In this document: positions 62,321-64,000 of the stretch, piece by piece
Layout: every line of letters begins with the position of its first letter
Numbering within the stretch: position 1 is the stretch's first letter
NCBI RefSeq assembly: GCF_001194135.2
Contig: NC_068983.1
Coordinates: forward strand, 107,905,490 to 107,969,489
Direction of reading: 5' to 3'
DNA length: 64,000 nucleotides
DNA from: Octopus bimaculoides
Taxonomy: Eukaryota
Notes under the pieces: generated by a model
What the model was told of the DNA's origin: nothing
Seen by the model: the letters and a program-made list of their open reading frames with translations, nothing else
Databases searched by the model: none
Translations under genes and position numbers: made by a program

Positions 62321-64000
62321 TCAATGAACTATAGCTTCTTGTTTAGCTGCAACATTTTTCAGCTGTAACATCTAGTAGCATCAGACATTTGTTCAGCTTT
62401 TACGATCAATAAATTCACAATAATAATAATTTGACAAGTTTTTCAGATAGTTGGAAACTGACATTGTCAGCCACACAGAAATCACTAGCATAGTATATAA
62501 CATTTAGTATTAGTCTTATAAATTCAGTTTAACATCTATAGATAAGTATTAAAAACATTTCTTAAATATTCAGAAATGAAGCAATTTAAATCAGTTTTTC
62601 TCCTACATAAGAATAAAGGATTACAAAAGACATTAAATGGAATAAAATAACAGCAAATCAATAACAGTCCCCAATGTGCTAAATCAAAATTCCTAATGAA
62701 TTTTAAGATACACTTTAAATTGTAGAGGTGATGGATGATTGAGTAAATCTAGGTCTCTATGAAATTACTTTAACATTAAATTTTTCCACCAACTAATCTG
62801 AGTCAGGAAATAAGAAAAGGTTACAATGACTGCAGCAAAAAGAAAAGAAAAAATTATGATAAAACAGGAATCAATTGAAATGTGTAGATGATAAATTCAC
62901 CAAGAAAATAATAACATATGTGTGTATTTCAAATTTGATAATTTTAGTTCAGTATTATAAGCAATGTATTATAAGCAATAAACATATATTCCAAGGAATA
63001 TTACAATGAAAAGTCTCAGAACATGTTATATTTTATAAACTGAATGCAATTTGTATGGTTTTCTCTACAGTTCATATTCTTTTTAGATTATTAAAACAGT
63101 ATGTAAGCATATTTTAATATCTTGGTTCAACCTGTATGAGAATGAATTTTATAAGAGAAATTACTCCAGGTCATGTTTAACCACAAGAATCAAAATTTCA
63201 CAATCATGGTAAAAAACTTAAATGAAATGCTTGAAGTGTCACTGATCTATTTTGAGCTAAATGATAACCAATAGAAAATAAATACAATAGGAAATAAAAG
63301 GAACACACTGAGCAGTAAAACAACCAAAAAACTGTCACAAAGACTGATTTAAGATATTTTAACATGAAAATAATAGCCAGAAATGGATTGTTTGTTTAAT
63401 GACAAAGATTAGTGCTTGTTGAACTCCCTACATACATGTCTTATAATTCAATACCAATGAAGTTCTTCCCCCACCCACTTAGTACTGCAGAAGTAAAAGC
63501 TTGTACAATGAATTAGTGAAAGCTAATTCCACTTGACTACTGGTAATTCTAATGGCTGCCATTGCAATTGAAAGGTTTAAGTTTGAATCTTATATATTTA
63601 AGAAGGAAAGCATTTGGGTATAAGAGAGTTGAAAACTAGCTGTTTACTCTTTATAAAATAGAAACAAACTATTAAGTAGATGGAAGTAGTTAACAACGAT
63701 TTTCTGTTTTCAGCAAGATAAACCAAGGAGAATGTAACATGTAATGTAGCACATATAAATCAGGAAAAAGAAAAAGGGAAATAAACTTCATAAAAGAATT
63801 TTAGTTGTCTCACATGACACGCAAAACTGAAAAGAAGGAGATGATAAAGCAAAATAGAACAATCTTCTCAATAGAGATTTTAAGAAGTATCTTAGTTCAA
63901 TATCATAATTTTATAGCAAAATCAGTTTGTGGAGAAAATATCATCTACTACAAAAACAACAACTATTACTTCCATAACCAGATGACTTAATCTCGATCAA

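Overview
AT-rich, repeat-dense animal genomic DNA with four N-gaps (23047-23492, 42524-42713, 43562-44472, 53704-53957). The SINE/LINE content and the many (TA)n/(CA)n tracts look like an octopus (coleoid cephalopod) scaffold; this is an inference from recalled repeat families. One multi-exon gene on the minus strand spans almost the whole window. I reconstructed by hand 11 GT-AG coding exons with consecutive compatible phases (56044 down to 1463; 2188 nt, about 729 codons, no internal stop). The predicted protein has a basic N-terminal region, one hydrophobic segment (type II anchor), a furin-type RRVR|S site, one EGF-like domain, a TNF-receptor-like cysteine-rich module and a roughly 450-aa N-glycosylation-rich C-terminal region I cannot assign to a family. 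The first exon and stop codon are only tentatively placed. The introns hold a near-full-length dead mariner, MITEs, RTE, CR1, Penelope and Helitron remnants, several tRNA-derived SINE families, a ~60-bp minisatellite and several near-perfect foldback hairpins. No rRNA, true tRNA gene or CRISPR array is supported.
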